Source: an uncultured delta proteobacterium (GTDB lineage: Bacteria; Myxococcota; Myxococcia; Myxococcales; Anaeromyxobacteraceae). Taken from it: DNA of 64,000 bases. The notes beneath the pieces were generated by a model, which worked only from the letters and a program-made list of their open reading frames with translations, was not told the origin of the DNA and did not search any database. The position numbers were made by a program, and so were the translations under genes. The number at the start of each line of letters is the position of its first letter. Positions within the stretch are counted from its first letter, which is position 1. Shown here in pieces: positions 12,283 to 24,067 of this stretch. The stretch is from NCBI GenBank assembly GCA_963814585.1, contig CAWFDF010000014.1, positions 128,001 through 192,000 on the forward strand, read 5' to 3'.

Positions 12283-12546
12283 GCGATGTAGGTATCGCTG
12301 AACGGGAGAAAAGGGAATCCCGAAGGCGCGCGCCTCGAGCCGGCCGCGCCGCTCTAGCGCGCGCCCTTCAGGGCTCGCAGACCGGAAGCGCCAGGACCCG
12401 GGTCCGGGTCGGTCTCTCCGCCATGCGGCGCCGTTGGCCGGACGGGAGGCGCAGCGAGGGACGAGCGCGGGCGGGTGCTGGTGGTGGAGGAGCGGCACGC
12501 AGCGCGAGGTGATCCCGGCAGACGAGAACCGGGCTCCCCGCCCCCC

Positions 12547-12582
12547 AAGAAGAAGGGGCCGGCGGACTCCGCCAACCCCTTC
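12547..12582 (-). terminator. Intrinsic terminator after tRNA-Val
   Basis: GAAGGGGTTGGCGG-AGT-CCGCCGGCCCCTTC stem followed by TTCTT. Confidence 0.65.
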
Positions 12583-12596
12583 GTGTTCACTCTCAG

Positions 12597-12668
<72 letters not shown>

Positions 12669-12712
12669 TCACCGCGATGCGGCGGGTTCATAGCTTGCGA
12701 TCGCGGCGCTCG

Positions 12713-13338
12713 TCAACGGTCGCGTGCCACCCGTCGGGCCCGCCGCAGCTCCACCGCCAGCGTCCACCCGTACTGCGCCCAGGAGACCATCATGCAGGCG
12801 GCCACCAGGAGGCCGGTGGCGGCCACCCAGGGCGCCAGCGAAGGCCGGGGCGCCGCGCCCACGTCCCCGGCCAGCACCAGCAGCACCAGCGCCACCAGGG
12901 TGGCGGTGGCGTACTTGCCGGCGCGGGTGGGCTCGATGGGCACCGGCCGGCCGCTCCACTGCAGGGCGGTCGCCGCCCCCACCAGCGCCAGGTCGCGGCC
13001 GATGATGAGCACCGCCAGCCAGGCCGGGAGCCGCCCGGCGGTCACCAGGGCCACCAGGATGCAGAAGGCCAGCAGCTTGTCGGCGATGGGGTCGAGCACC
13101 TCTCCGAACCGGGAGTGCTGGCCGAGCAGGCGTGCCGCCAGCCCGTCGAGCACGTCGGTGAGGGCGGCCACCGCGTAGACCGTCAGCGCGCCCGGCAGGT
13201 CGCCCTGCACGTAGAGCAGCATCACCAGCGGCGCCAGCAGCAGCCGGAGCAGCGTGAGGGCGTTGGCGAGCGTGAAGGGACCGGCGTCGGGAGGCCGGGG
13301 CGCCCCGCCACCCTCCCCGCCGGCGGGGACCGGCGCTA
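12713..13338 (-). CDS. CDP-alcohol phosphatidyltransferase (PgsA-like); start uncertain
   Basis: TLANALTLLRL and signature DVLDGLAARLLGQHSRFGEVLDPIADK; hydrophobic. Confidence 0.85.
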
Positions 13339-14061
13339 CGGCTTCGCTGCGTCGCGCTCCCGGTTCCACGTCTCCCACTCGTCGGTGTCGGCCATGGCGA
13401 ACTGCTCGGGCTCGGCGGCGCTGCCGTCGGCCGCCACCCTCACCTGCATCATGCTGGTGACGATCCGCTCCCACTGCTCGCGGGTGACCTCCTTGGGCCC
13501 GGCAACCTGCTGGCGCCCGCCGCCCGGGGCGCCCTCGGCGCCGTGCTGGGGCCTGGGCAGGGGGCCGGCGGCCACCGCCACCGTCCCGCTGTAGACCTTC
13601 ACCACGCAGCTCTTGTCCTTGCTGGCGTCGACCCGGAAGGTGGTGCCGCGCACGCCGGCCACCGCGTTCTCGGTCTTCACCTCGAAGCGGGCCTCGCCTC
13701 CCAGCGTCCTGGTGACGCTGGCCCAGACGTTGCCGACACGCAGCTTGGCCGAGACCTTCCGGTCGTCGGCGCCCGTCCCGAAGGCCGCCGCGTCCAGCTC
13801 GACGCGCGAGAGCGGGCCGAGGCGCAGCACGCTCTGGTCGGCCAGCGTCAGCTCCACGCGGGTGCGCCTGGCCGTCTCGATGACGTCGCCCTGGAAGATG
13901 CTGGCGCCCTTCTGGAGCTTCGCCGACTTCCCGGCGGCCGTCCGGCTGGCCTCCCCGTCGACGAAGGTGATGGTGCCGGCGACGGGCGGGGGGGCCGGGG
14001 CGGCGAGCGCCGCCGCGGCGAGCAGCGAGGCGGTGATGGCGGCGAGCGGGAGGGGGCGCAT
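13336..14061 (-). CDS. Secreted FecR-domain protein
   Basis: Signal peptide; GDVIET...ELTLADQSVLRLG...FEVKTENAVAGVRGTTFRV pattern. Confidence 0.8.
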   Translation of the reverse strand: MRPLPLAAITASLLAAAALAAPAPPPVAGTITFVDGEASRTAAGKSAKLQKGASIFQGDVIETARRTRVELTLADQSVLRLGPLSRVELDAAAFGTGADDRKVSAKLRVGNVWASVTRTLGGEARFEVKTENAVAGVRGTTFRVDASKDKSCVVKVYSGTVAVAAGPLPRPQHGAEGAPGGGRQQVAGPKEVTREQWERIVTSMMQVRVAADGSAAEPEQFAMADTDEWETWNRERDAAKP

Positions 14062-14063
14062 GG

Positions 14064-15224
14064 CTACTTGAGCTCCACCTCGACGGCGTTGGCGGTCACC
14101 TTCTTCACCTTGCAGGCGTAGCCCGGGTACTTGCGGGCGGCCAGCTCACCCGCCAGCCCGTCGGCGGTGCCGGCCAGCGTGACCTCCAGCTCGGCGCGCC
14201 CGTCCTCCATCGAGCGCTGCTGCACGTCCTTGACCCCCTTGACCGAGCTGGCCAGCACCGCCTTGAAGCCGGTGAGGCGGGCGTAGTCCTCGACTCCCTT
14301 CACCACCAGGCTGACCCGCTTCATCCCCGACTGCTCGCGGGTCCAGACCTTGCCGATCTTGGCGAAGAGGTCGGCGGCCAGCTGGCGGCCGGCGGCCGAG
14401 AGCGCGCCCCGGCCGGCGGTGGTCTGCTCGAACCCCTTGCCGGCCGGGCCGGTGAACTCGGTGGCGGCGATCACCTCGCCGGTGTCGGTGCGGACGGCGC
14501 GGGCCGAGACGTTGGCCACCGAGGAGTAGAAGGTGCCGTTGTCGATGGCCATCTCGCCGAGCGGCTTGGCGATGGCGCGGCCGACGACCACCACCTCGGC
14601 GCCGGCCAGCCGGCCAATCTCGCGCGCCTTCTGGACGTTGGGATCGGCGCCGATGGTCTCGAGCGTCACCTTGCCCGAGAGCACCTCGGGATCGATGAAG
14701 GAGAAGCCCGACTTCTCCATCCGGTCCATGAAGGCGTTCTCGACCACGCGCAGGTCGGCGCTGTTGCCGCCCCCCTGCCACCAGCCGGTGGCCTGCGAGG
14801 CATTGATGGCCTGCTCCGCCACCAGCGTCATGATCCGCGGCATGCCGGCCCGCCGGTAGGCGATGCCGAAGGCCAGCAGGTCCTCGTCCAGCTTGCCCTC
14901 GGAGACCTCGCAGCGGAGCCTGGTGACCCAGGTGTTCCCGTCGGCCTTGTCCTCGAGCACGGTGAACTTGCGGATGTACCCGGTGGAGTGGGCGTAGATC
15001 TTGTCCGACAGCAGCCTGGCCTGGTCGGTCTCGGTGGCCGCGGTGACGATGGTGGTGGCCACCTGCTGGACGCAGTTGCGGAGCGCGTCGTCCTTGGCGG
15101 CCGCCTTGGCGGCCAGCTTGTCGTCGGCGATGGCGGCCTGGCCGGTGGCCTCGGTGGTCTTGATGGCGTCTTCGGCGGCCGCGCTGGAGGCGGCGAGGAT
15201 GGCGATGGCGAGGATGCGCTTCAT
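14064..15224 (-). CDS. Secreted protein with a FlgT-N/LPP20-like N-terminal domain
   Basis: Signal peptide; ATGQA...AKAAAKDDALRNCVQQV...STGYIRKFTVL, then PRIMTLVAEQ domain. Confidence 0.6.
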   Translation of the reverse strand: MKRILAIAILAASSAAAEDAIKTTEATGQAAIADDKLAAKAAAKDDALRNCVQQVATTIVTAATETDQARLLSDKIYAHSTGYIRKFTVLEDKADGNTWVTRLRCEVSEGKLDEDLLAFGIAYRRAGMPRIMTLVAEQAINASQATGWWQGGGNSADLRVVENAFMDRMEKSGFSFIDPEVLSGKVTLETIGADPNVQKAREIGRLAGAEVVVVGRAIAKPLGEMAIDNGTFYSSVANVSARAVRTDTGEVIAATEFTGPAGKGFEQTTAGRGALSAAGRQLAADLFAKIGKVWTREQSGMKRVSLVVKGVEDYARLTGFKAVLASSVKGVKDVQQRSMEDGRAELEVTLAGTADGLAGELAARKYPGYACKVKKVTANAVEVELK

Positions 15225-15245
15225 GTGGTGGCTCCCCCTGGAGTC

Positions 15246-15998
15246 CTAGTCGGCGATGATGACGACGCGCCCTTCGGCCAGGAACGGTGGCCGGGCCGCG
15301 AAGGTGGCGGTGTCGGTGGCTGCCAGCACCAGGTCGGTCCCTTGCGCCCGCACCGCCTTGACCACCAGCGGCCGATCGCCGAGCCGGGAGGCGAGCTCGC
15401 GCCTGGCGGCGTCGAGGCTCCTGGCATAGGCGGCCACGCCGCCGGACTTGCGGGCCGACTCGCCCAGCGTCGCCGGGCCGTAGAGCTCCTTGCCGCTCTC
15501 GTCGACCAGCCTGGGGGCCAGCGCCGGGGAGATCTTGAGGCCGGTGGCGTCGATGACCAGCGAGGTGGGGCCGGAGGCGGCGGGGGCCGCGGCGGCCTTG
15601 GGCAGCAGGACCTCTCCGACCGCGTCGAGCGGGACTTCGACGTCGAGCTCGACGCCGCCGTCCGAGAAGTAGCGGGTGGCGACGGTGCGGAACCCGCGCA
15701 CCGCCCCCTCGACCGACCCCTTGATGGCGTTGTCGGCCCCGATGGCGGTGCCGACCGTCTGGCTCCCGCTCACGGTGACGCCCTTCATCACCTCGAGGCA
15801 GTTGCGGAGCGCGTCGAGCTTGGCGGCCTTCTCGGCGCCGATGCGCGCCACCGCCACGTTGCCGGCCGCGTCCTTCAGGTTGGCGGCGCCGCTGCCGGTG
15901 CACCGGGCGACCCGCTTCTGCCAGTCGACGCCGCCGGGCTCGGCGAGCGCGGTGGCCGGGAGGGCGGCCGCGACGGCGAGGACGAGAACGAACCGCAT
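15246..15998 (-). CDS. Secreted LPP20-family-like protein
   Basis: Signal peptide MRFVLVLAVAAALP; VDW...CTGSG, AAKLDALRNCLE, TSLVIDATGL, PRLVDESG. Confidence 0.6.
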   Translation of the reverse strand: MRFVLVLAVAAALPATALAEPGGVDWQKRVARCTGSGAANLKDAAGNVAVARIGAEKAAKLDALRNCLEVMKGVTVSGSQTVGTAIGADNAIKGSVEGAVRGFRTVATRYFSDGGVELDVEVPLDAVGEVLLPKAAAAPAASGPTSLVIDATGLKISPALAPRLVDESGKELYGPATLGESARKSGGVAAYARSLDAARRELASRLGDRPLVVKAVRAQGTDLVLAATDTATFAARPPFLAEGRVVIIAD

Positions 15999-16203
15999 GA
16001 TGACCTCCGCGATGAGGAACGGCACGTCCGGCAGGGCTGGACCTGCCTTGACGCTGGTCAGACTAGCAGTGAGCCACCTGGTCCGATGTGATGGATGTCA
16101 CCAAAAGGGCCGGGGGGCCCCTACCGGGGCGTCCTGGTCCTATCCGCCATCCAAGGGGAGGCCTCGAATGCCCCGCATGGGGGTTCGACTCCTCCTGCGT
16201 GAA

Positions 16204-16944
16204 CTACTCTGGGACGGATGAGCGGGGCCTCCATTCATCCCGGCGGGCCCGGAGCGTCACCACGGCCTCGACGGTCGAGGCCCGCAGGAAGGGGTTGGTG
16301 GCTCGCTCCTCGGCCAGCGTCGAGGCGGCAGGCTCCTCGCCGGCCCGCCGCGCCTCGAGGACCGCGTCGAGCCGACGGCGCAGCGGGGCCGACCCGGGCT
16401 CGATCTCCAGCGCAAACGGCAGGTTGGCCTCGGCGTAGTCGTGCCCCGGGTGGACCTCCAGCGCGCCGTCGAGCCGCCCCACCACCTCCAGCAGGCTCCG
16501 CGCCAGCTGGCGCGGGTCGCCCCCGTTCCTGCAGTTCCCGCAGCCGCCCCAGAAGAGCGTATCGCCGGTGAGCAGCCGGCCGCGCCACTCGAGCAGCACC
16601 GACCCCGGCGTGTGGCCGGGGGCGGCGTGGATCTTCAGCGTGATCGTCCCGAGCTGGACCTCGGCCCGTCCGGCCAGGTCCAGGTCGGGCGCGAACCAGG
16701 CCGCGTCGGCGCCGTGGCCGAGCACCTCGGCCCGGAGCCGGCCTCGCAGCGCCGCCGTGCCCCCGGTGTGGTCGGCGTGACCGTGGGTGTGGACGATCCA
16801 GCGGGGCGCCACGCCGTGAGCCGCCGCCACCGCCAGCGCCACCTCGGGATCGCCCGGATCGACCAGCACCGCGTCGCGCCCCTCCACCAGCAGGTAGAGG
16901 TAGTTGTCCTGGCGGTAGCGCGCGCGGGCGAAGCGTGTCGTCAC
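16204..16944 (-). CDS. Hydroxyacylglutathione hydrolase-like MBL-fold enzyme (glyoxalase II family)
   Basis: DNYLYL, THGHADHTGG, PGHT, TGDTLFWGGCG, PGHDY, ERATNPFLR. Confidence 0.85.
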   Translation of the reverse strand: MTTRFARARYRQDNYLYLLVEGRDAVLVDPGDPEVALAVAAAHGVAPRWIVHTHGHADHTGGTAALRGRLRAEVLGHGADAAWFAPDLDLAGRAEVQLGTITLKIHAAPGHTPGSVLLEWRGRLLTGDTLFWGGCGNCRNGGDPRQLARSLLEVVGRLDGALEVHPGHDYAEANLPFALEIEPGSAPLRRRLDAVLEARRAGEEPAASTLAEERATNPFLRASTVEAVVTLRARRDEWRPRSSVPE

Positions 16945-17330
16945 GGGGCCTCCTCGGGGTGGTGACAGAGGCCGATCCGGTTCCCCTCGGGGTCTCGGAG
17001 GTAGAGCGTCCAGCGGGTCCGGTGGACCACCTCGACGCCGGCCGCCGTCAGCCTCGCCTCCCAGCCCGGCCGTCCCCCCACGTCGATGCGGAGCGCCACC
17101 AGGTGGAGGCCGGCGCGCGGATCCCGCCACGGCCGCCCCTCCGCCGCCGCGCCGGCCCGCTCCAGCGCCAGGAAGCCGCCACCCTCCAGCGCCAGCCAGA
17201 CGGCCCGATCCAGGCCGCCCTCCCCGGGCCAGCGCCTCAGCACCTCCAGGCCGAGCACCTCCCGGTAGAAGCGCTCGCACCGCTCGAGCTCGGCGCACTG
17301 GATGGCCACGTGGTGGAGCCCCGGCACCAT
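16941..17330 (-). CDS. VOC/glyoxalase family protein
   Basis: GLHHVAI...FYREVLGL...GLHLVAL...YLRDPEGNRI. Confidence 0.85.
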   Translation of the reverse strand: MVPGLHHVAIQCAELERCERFYREVLGLEVLRRWPGEGGLDRAVWLALEGGGFLALERAGAAAEGRPWRDPRAGLHLVALRIDVGGRPGWEARLTAAGVEVVHRTRWTLYLRDPEGNRIGLCHHPEEAP

Positions 17331-17405
17331 GGGTCGAGGGTAGCCCCACGCCTCCGGGCGCGCCACCCCGGCCGGGCCTCGCGGGGCGCGTGGTAGCATC
17401 GCGGG

Positions 17406-18728
17406 GTGGTTCGACCCCTCTCCGGGAAGCGGCTGCTGCTGGTCGTCGAGGACGCCACCCTGGCCGGGTTGCTGGCCGAGGCGTCCCGGCGGCTGGGGGC
17501 CGAGGTGGAGGTGACGTCCACCGGTCGTGGCGCGCTGGGGGTGCTCCAGCGCCCGGCGACGCCGCACGTCGCCATCGTCGACCTTCCCCTCGCCGACGTG
17601 CGAGGCGGCGAGGTGATTGGCGCGATGCGCCGCGTCGGCATCCCGGTCATCGCCCTCTCCGGAGTCTTCCGCGGGCCGCGGGCCGCCGGCGAGGTGCTGC
17701 GCCTCGGCGCCGCCGACTTCTTCGAGAAGCCCTTCCCGGTGCTCGCCCTGATGGCGCGCGCGGCGCGGCTGATGGGGGCCGCGCTGCCGGGCCTGGAGAC
17801 GCCGCAGGACGAGGTGACCGGGGCCATCCCGCTGGGACCGACCGCAGCGCCAGGTCAGCCCATCCACGGCGATCCCTACCTGGCGCTGGCGCTCGGAGAC
17901 GAGCCCGTCACCTCGCCGCCGGCGCCCCTCCCCTCCCTGGCCGAGCCGCTCCCGGCTCCCGCGCCGGAAGCGCCCCTGCCCCCGGTGCCCCCGGCCCCTG
18001 GACGCCAGGGCGACCTGGTCCACACCCGGGTGCCGAGGCTGCTGGTGGCGCTGCACCAGGCCCAGGCCACCGGCGCCATCACCATCACGCGGGGTCCGGT
18101 CAAGAAGATCCTCCTGGTGGAGAAGGGCGCGCCCGTCTATGCCGCCTCCAACGTGGGCGCCGAGCGCCTCGGGGCCATCTGCGTCCGGCGCGGGCTGCTC
18201 TCCGCCGAGGCGCTCGAGGAGCTGCGGCGCGGGGCGCCGGCGGCGCGGACCGGCGACCTGCTGGAGGGATCTGGCCTGCTGACGCCGCGGAGCCGCATCG
18301 AGCTGCACCGCGCCCAGGTGCGGGCCATCGCCTGGTCCATGTTCGAGTGGACCGAGGGCCGGTACGACTTCCAGCTGGCGCGGCCGCCCACGGGGATCCA
18401 GCGCCTCGGGCTCGCCATGGCCGACCTCCTGCTGGAGGGCATGGTGCGGGCCTCCACCCTGCCACGCCTCATCGCCGACCTGCCGGCCGGGATCCACCTG
18501 GCTCCTTCGCCGGACCCGGCCTTCGAGCTCTACGCGCTCGGGCTCCGCCCCGGTGAGGCCCACCTGCTCACGCTGTGCGACGGGACCAAGAGCGTGCAGG
18601 ACCTGGTGGCCCTGTCCCGGATGACCACGCGCGACGCGCTGGCCTTCCTGCAGGCCCTGCGGGTGATGCGCGTGCTCGACGACGTGTCGCGGGTGCTGGC
18701 CGGGACCGCTCGCATCGGCTTCATGTAG
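17406..18728 (+). CDS. Receiver-domain protein with Pro-rich linker and DUF4388-like domain
   Basis: LLVVED...AIVDLP...FFEKPF receiver; GDL...PRLL...TGAI...GAPVYAASN...[10 protein letters not shown]. Confidence 0.75.
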   Translation: MVRPLSGKRLLLVVEDATLAGLLAEASRRLGAEVEVTSTGRGALGVLQRPATPHVAIVDLPLADVRGGEVIGAMRRVGIPVIALSGVFRGPRAAGEVLRLGAADFFEKPFPVLALMARAARLMGAALPGLETPQDEVTGAIPLGPTAAPGQPIHGDPYLALALGDEPVTSPPAPLPSLAEPLPAPAPEAPLPPVPPAPGRQGDLVHTRVPRLLVALHQAQATGAITITRGPVKKILLVEKGAPVYAASNVGAERLGAICVRRGLLSAEALEELRRGAPAARTGDLLEGSGLLTPRSRIELHRAQVRAIAWSMFEWTEGRYDFQLARPPTGIQRLGLAMADLLLEGMVRASTLPRLIADLPAGIHLAPSPDPAFELYALGLRPGEAHLLTLCDGTKSVQDLVALSRMTTRDALAFLQALRVMRVLDDVSRVLAGTARIGFM

Positions 18729-18805
18729 GCCCTGACCTGGGCGCGGCTTGCGGTGGCGGGGCCGGGGCGGCTATACAGGCCCCCCTTCAGAGGACGCCGA
18801 GGCCC

Positions 18806-20644
<1,839 letters not shown>

Positions 20645-20672
20645 GCCGGGTGAGGCGGGCGGGCCGGCGGGA

Positions 20673-22244
20673 TCAGGGGAGGACGATCGCGTCGGTCGGG
20701 GTGGGAATGGCCCGGACCTTCGCCTCCATGCGCCAGTAGCGGACGAACCCGGGCGCGGCCACCAGCGCCCGCGGCTGGAGGGCCCGCAGCCACGCCTCCA
20801 TGTCGGGTCGCCAGTCGACCTGCGGCAGGTACATGGCGTTGAGCGGCAGGTAGACCGAGGGGCGGCCGGTGTAATAGGTCAGCGCCTCGGCGTCCTCCGA
20901 CGCCACCAGCGCCTCACGTGGCAGCAGCGCGTCCAGGGCGGTGCCGATTCGCCGGTACCGCTCCGCCAGCACGGCTTCCCGCGGCGCCAGCGGCCAGAGC
21001 ACGCTCCCGGTCGCCCGCACCGCGACCACCGCCTTCCAGCTGCAGGCCAGCAGCACGACCACGACCGCCCCGACGCCCAGTCGCCTCGACCACGCCCGGC
21101 CCGAGATCAGGGCCCCCAGCCCGGCCGCCACCAGCACCACGAGCTCCAGGTGGAGCGCCGAGAGGTAGCGAACGTCGGGATACGGCGTCAGCGACACCAG
21201 GGCGATGCGCGTGACGGCGTGAAGCACGGTGACCACGCCGAGGGCCCTGACCGGCCCCGGGAGCCAGCGCCAGGTTGCGGCCAGCAGCACCGGTCCGGCG
21301 ACGATCAGCCCGTGGGTCACGCCGAGCGACCGCTCCAGGTTCGCGGCCAGCCAGGCCAGCCTCTCCTGGCCCCATACGCCGGGCTCCGTGAACACCGTGG
21401 GCACGACGCGCCCCGGAGCGAACCAGAGCATGTAGGCGGCCCCGGGGAAGGTGGTGACGGCGGTCTCGGCGTCGTGGCTGACGAGGGGCTTCCCGAAGGC
21501 GAGGAGGTTCCGGATCATCCACGGCGACATCACCGCGAGCAGGGCCAGCCCCGCGACGACCGCGGCGCGCCAGGCCGCGCGCCAGCCGTGGACCCGGCCC
21601 CAGGCGAGGAGCGCCGCCCCCAGGAGCGCCGGCACGAAGAGCAGGTCGTCGCTCCGCACCAGCAACATGGCCCCGAGCAGCCCTCCGGCCAGGCCGGAGC
21701 GCCTCGCCAGTCCCTCCTCCCGCTCCAGCGTCGGGAGCAGCGTCACCAGGGCCAGGAGCAGCAGGAGGATGGCGAGCGGGATCGAACGGCCCGCCGCCAG
21801 CTCGTCCCGGTAGCCGGCGTCGATGAGCGCGAAGGCCGGGAAGGCCGCCCACGGGAACGGCCAGCCCGGGCCGGCCAGCCGGAGCGCCAGCGCCCGGGCC
21901 GACACCCCGGTGGCGATCAGCACCGCCGCCGCCGGGATCAGCGACGACGAGACGCCGAGCCCGAAGAGCCGCGACGAGAGCCCGACCAGCAGCGGCCAGA
22001 TCGGCGGGAAGCTCCGGCTCACCTGCGGCCAGGAGATGGGGATGTTGAAGTCCCGCACCGAGGGGTTGGCGTACTGGAGGGTCGACCAGAACCGGTCGCC
22101 CAGCAGGTAGAAGGCGAAGGAGTCGGGCGAGAAGGCGCCGGCCTCCTCCCGCAGCCCGACCCAGAGCAGCGCGCCGGCCAGCGCGGCCCCACCCCATGGC
22201 CACCAGCGGGCCGCCGGGCCCTCGGAGGGAGCCGTCTCACCCAT
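20673..22244 (-). CDS. Polytopic membrane protein, probable GT-C glycosyltransferase
   Basis: Many TM segments, SPDSFAF loop after TM1, PWMIRN, RYL; in an operon with GT2 genes. Confidence 0.6.
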   Translation of the reverse strand: MGETAPSEGPAARWWPWGGAALAGALLWVGLREEAGAFSPDSFAFYLLGDRFWSTLQYANPSVRDFNIPISWPQVSRSFPPIWPLLVGLSSRLFGLGVSSSLIPAAAVLIATGVSARALALRLAGPGWPFPWAAFPAFALIDAGYRDELAAGRSIPLAILLLLLALVTLLPTLEREEGLARRSGLAGGLLGAMLLVRSDDLLFVPALLGAALLAWGRVHGWRAAWRAAVVAGLALLAVMSPWMIRNLLAFGKPLVSHDAETAVTTFPGAAYMLWFAPGRVVPTVFTEPGVWGQERLAWLAANLERSLGVTHGLIVAGPVLLAATWRWLPGPVRALGVVTVLHAVTRIALVSLTPYPDVRYLSALHLELVVLVAAGLGALISGRAWSRRLGVGAVVVVLLACSWKAVVAVRATGSVLWPLAPREAVLAERYRRIGTALDALLPREALVASEDAEALTYYTGRPSVYLPLNAMYLPQVDWRPDMEAWLRALQPRALVAAPGFVRYWRMEAKVRAIPTPTDAIVLP

Positions 22245-22854
22245 GGCTGGCGCCCCCGACTTCGAGCCGGGTCAGCCGGTGAAGGCCGCTGCCGAAGATC
22301 CAGTCCAGCCCCGGCGGGTAGATGCCGAGCCTCCTCCGGTCCTCGGAGACCTCGAGCCCGAGCTCGGCGAAGCCGCGCGACCATCGCTCGCTCGACCAGT
22401 AGTGGTAGGGGAGCACCACGCCGTGCCGCTCGTTCCCGACCCAGTCCATGAACCGGAGCAGCGGCCCGGAGAGCCAGCCGTCCTTGGTGTGGTCCTTGAC
22501 GATGACGCAGCGCCGGGCCACCCGGGCCGCCTCCCGCAGCAGCACGGCCGGATCGGGGGTGTGGTGGAGCACGTCGACGAAGATCACGGCGTCGAAGCTC
22601 CGGTCCGGGTGCGGGATGAGCGCGCCGTCGAAGAGCCTCACCGGGATGAAGGTCTCTGGCCGAAGGAGGACGTCGATCCCCTCGATGCGGAGATCTGGGC
22701 GGTGCCCCTTCACCGCCAGGTCGAGACGCCCGTCACCGCAGCCCACGTCGAGCACCGAGGCGCCCGCGGGGATCAGCTCCGCCAGGTGGCGGGCCAGCAC
22801 CTCGATGCGGCGACCATAGATGCTCCGGGCGTGGACGGCGTCGAGGAGCCCCAT
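22237..22854 (-). CDS. Class I SAM-dependent methyltransferase
   Basis: VLDVGCGDG, SFDAV, VLHH...LLREAARV. Confidence 0.88.
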   Translation of the reverse strand: MGLLDAVHARSIYGRRIEVLARHLAELIPAGASVLDVGCGDGRLDLAVKGHRPDLRIEGIDVLLRPETFIPVRLFDGALIPHPDRSFDAVIFVDVLHHTPDPAVLLREAARVARRCVIVKDHTKDGWLSGPLLRFMDWVGNERHGVVLPYHYWSSERWSRGFAELGLEVSEDRRRLGIYPPGLDWIFGSGLHRLTRLEVGGASHG

Positions 22855-22857
22855 GGA

Positions 22858-24039
22858 CTACCTCGCCTCAGGGCCGGAGCCGCCTCGGCGGACCCGGAGC
22901 TGGAGCACCGAGAGGAAGAAGGAGGAGAGCGCCACCTGCAGGCCGATGGTGAGCGCCAGCACCGCCGGGATCACCCCCCGGAGCGTGGTCCTCACGTCCA
23001 GCGGGCCGAAGTCCTCGCGCCCCCAGCGCAGGACCGCCACCAGCGAGCCCCCCAGCCCGAGGATCACGAGGATCACGCCGACCACCAGCCCGGCCTCCAG
23101 GGTGACGTGATCGAGCAGCCGGCGGTGGCGGCCGCGGTCCGGCAGCAGCCCTTCGGCCGACGCGAAGACCTTGGTGAAGGAGGCGAAGGCCACGGCCTGG
23201 AAGCCGACGATCACCGCCAGGGCGGCGTAGAGCAGCGTGTGGACGTCCAGCTCCGCGCCGAGGAGCTGGCGTGGCCGGGGCAGCAGCCAGGCCCCGACCA
23301 GCAGGCCGGCGACCAGGAGCAGCAGGCCCGGATAGAGGAAGAGCCAGTCGGGGCTGTAGAGGAGCATGAACCGCAGGTGGCGCCACCCGTCGCGCCAGGG
23401 GCGCAGGTGAGGCGGGCGGGAGCGACCGTCCCTGGAGAGCGTGGTCGGCACCTCGGCGACCTTCATGTCGAGGAGCGTCGCCTTGATGACCATCTCCGAG
23501 GCGAACTCCATGCCGGTGGTCCGCAAGTCCATCCGGTGAAAGGCATCCTTCGAGAACCCACGCAGCCCGCAGTGGAAGTCCCGGGCCGGGCAGCGGAAGA
23601 AGAGCCGGCCGATGCTGGTGAGGACCGGATTGCCGAGGTAGCGGTTCTTCCAGGGCATGGCGCCAGGGCCAATGCCGCCGAGGAAGCGATTCCCCATGAC
23701 CAGGTCGAAGCCCTGCCGCAGCCTGACGACGAAGGGCTGGAGCTCGAGGAAGTCGTAGGAGCCATCCGAATCGCCCATGATGACGTAGCGTCCCCGAGCC
23801 GCGAGCGACGCGGCGTGCAGGGCCGCCCCGTAACCACGCACCGGCACGTGGACCACGCGGGCCCCTTCCCGGATGGCGATCTCCTGCGATCCGTCGGTCG
23901 AGCCGTTGTCGCCGATCACCACCTCGCCGGCCACACCCGACGACTCCAGGTAGCGCCTGGCCTTCCGGATGCAGGTGGCCAGCGTCTCGGCCTCGTCGAG
24001 GCAGGGCATGACGATGGTCAGTTCGAGACCCGGCTCCAT
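22858..24039 (-). CDS. GT2 glycosyltransferase (polyprenol-phosphate sugar synthase-like) with C-terminal TM helices
   Basis: IVMPCLDE, DNGSTDGS, GYGAA, GDSDGSY, DFHCGLR. Confidence 0.9.
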   Translation of the reverse strand: MEPGLELTIVMPCLDEAETLATCIRKARRYLESSGVAGEVVIGDNGSTDGSQEIAIREGARVVHVPVRGYGAALHAASLAARGRYVIMGDSDGSYDFLELQPFVVRLRQGFDLVMGNRFLGGIGPGAMPWKNRYLGNPVLTSIGRLFFRCPARDFHCGLRGFSKDAFHRMDLRTTGMEFASEMVIKATLLDMKVAEVPTTLSRDGRSRPPHLRPWRDGWRHLRFMLLYSPDWLFLYPGLLLLVAGLLVGAWLLPRPRQLLGAELDVHTLLYAALAVIVGFQAVAFASFTKVFASAEGLLPDRGRHRRLLDHVTLEAGLVVGVILVILGLGGSLVAVLRWGREDFGPLDVRTTLRGVIPAVLALTIGLQVALSSFFLSVLQLRVRRGGSGPEAR

Positions 24040-24067
24040 GACCCACCCCGTATCACGACTCGGGCGC

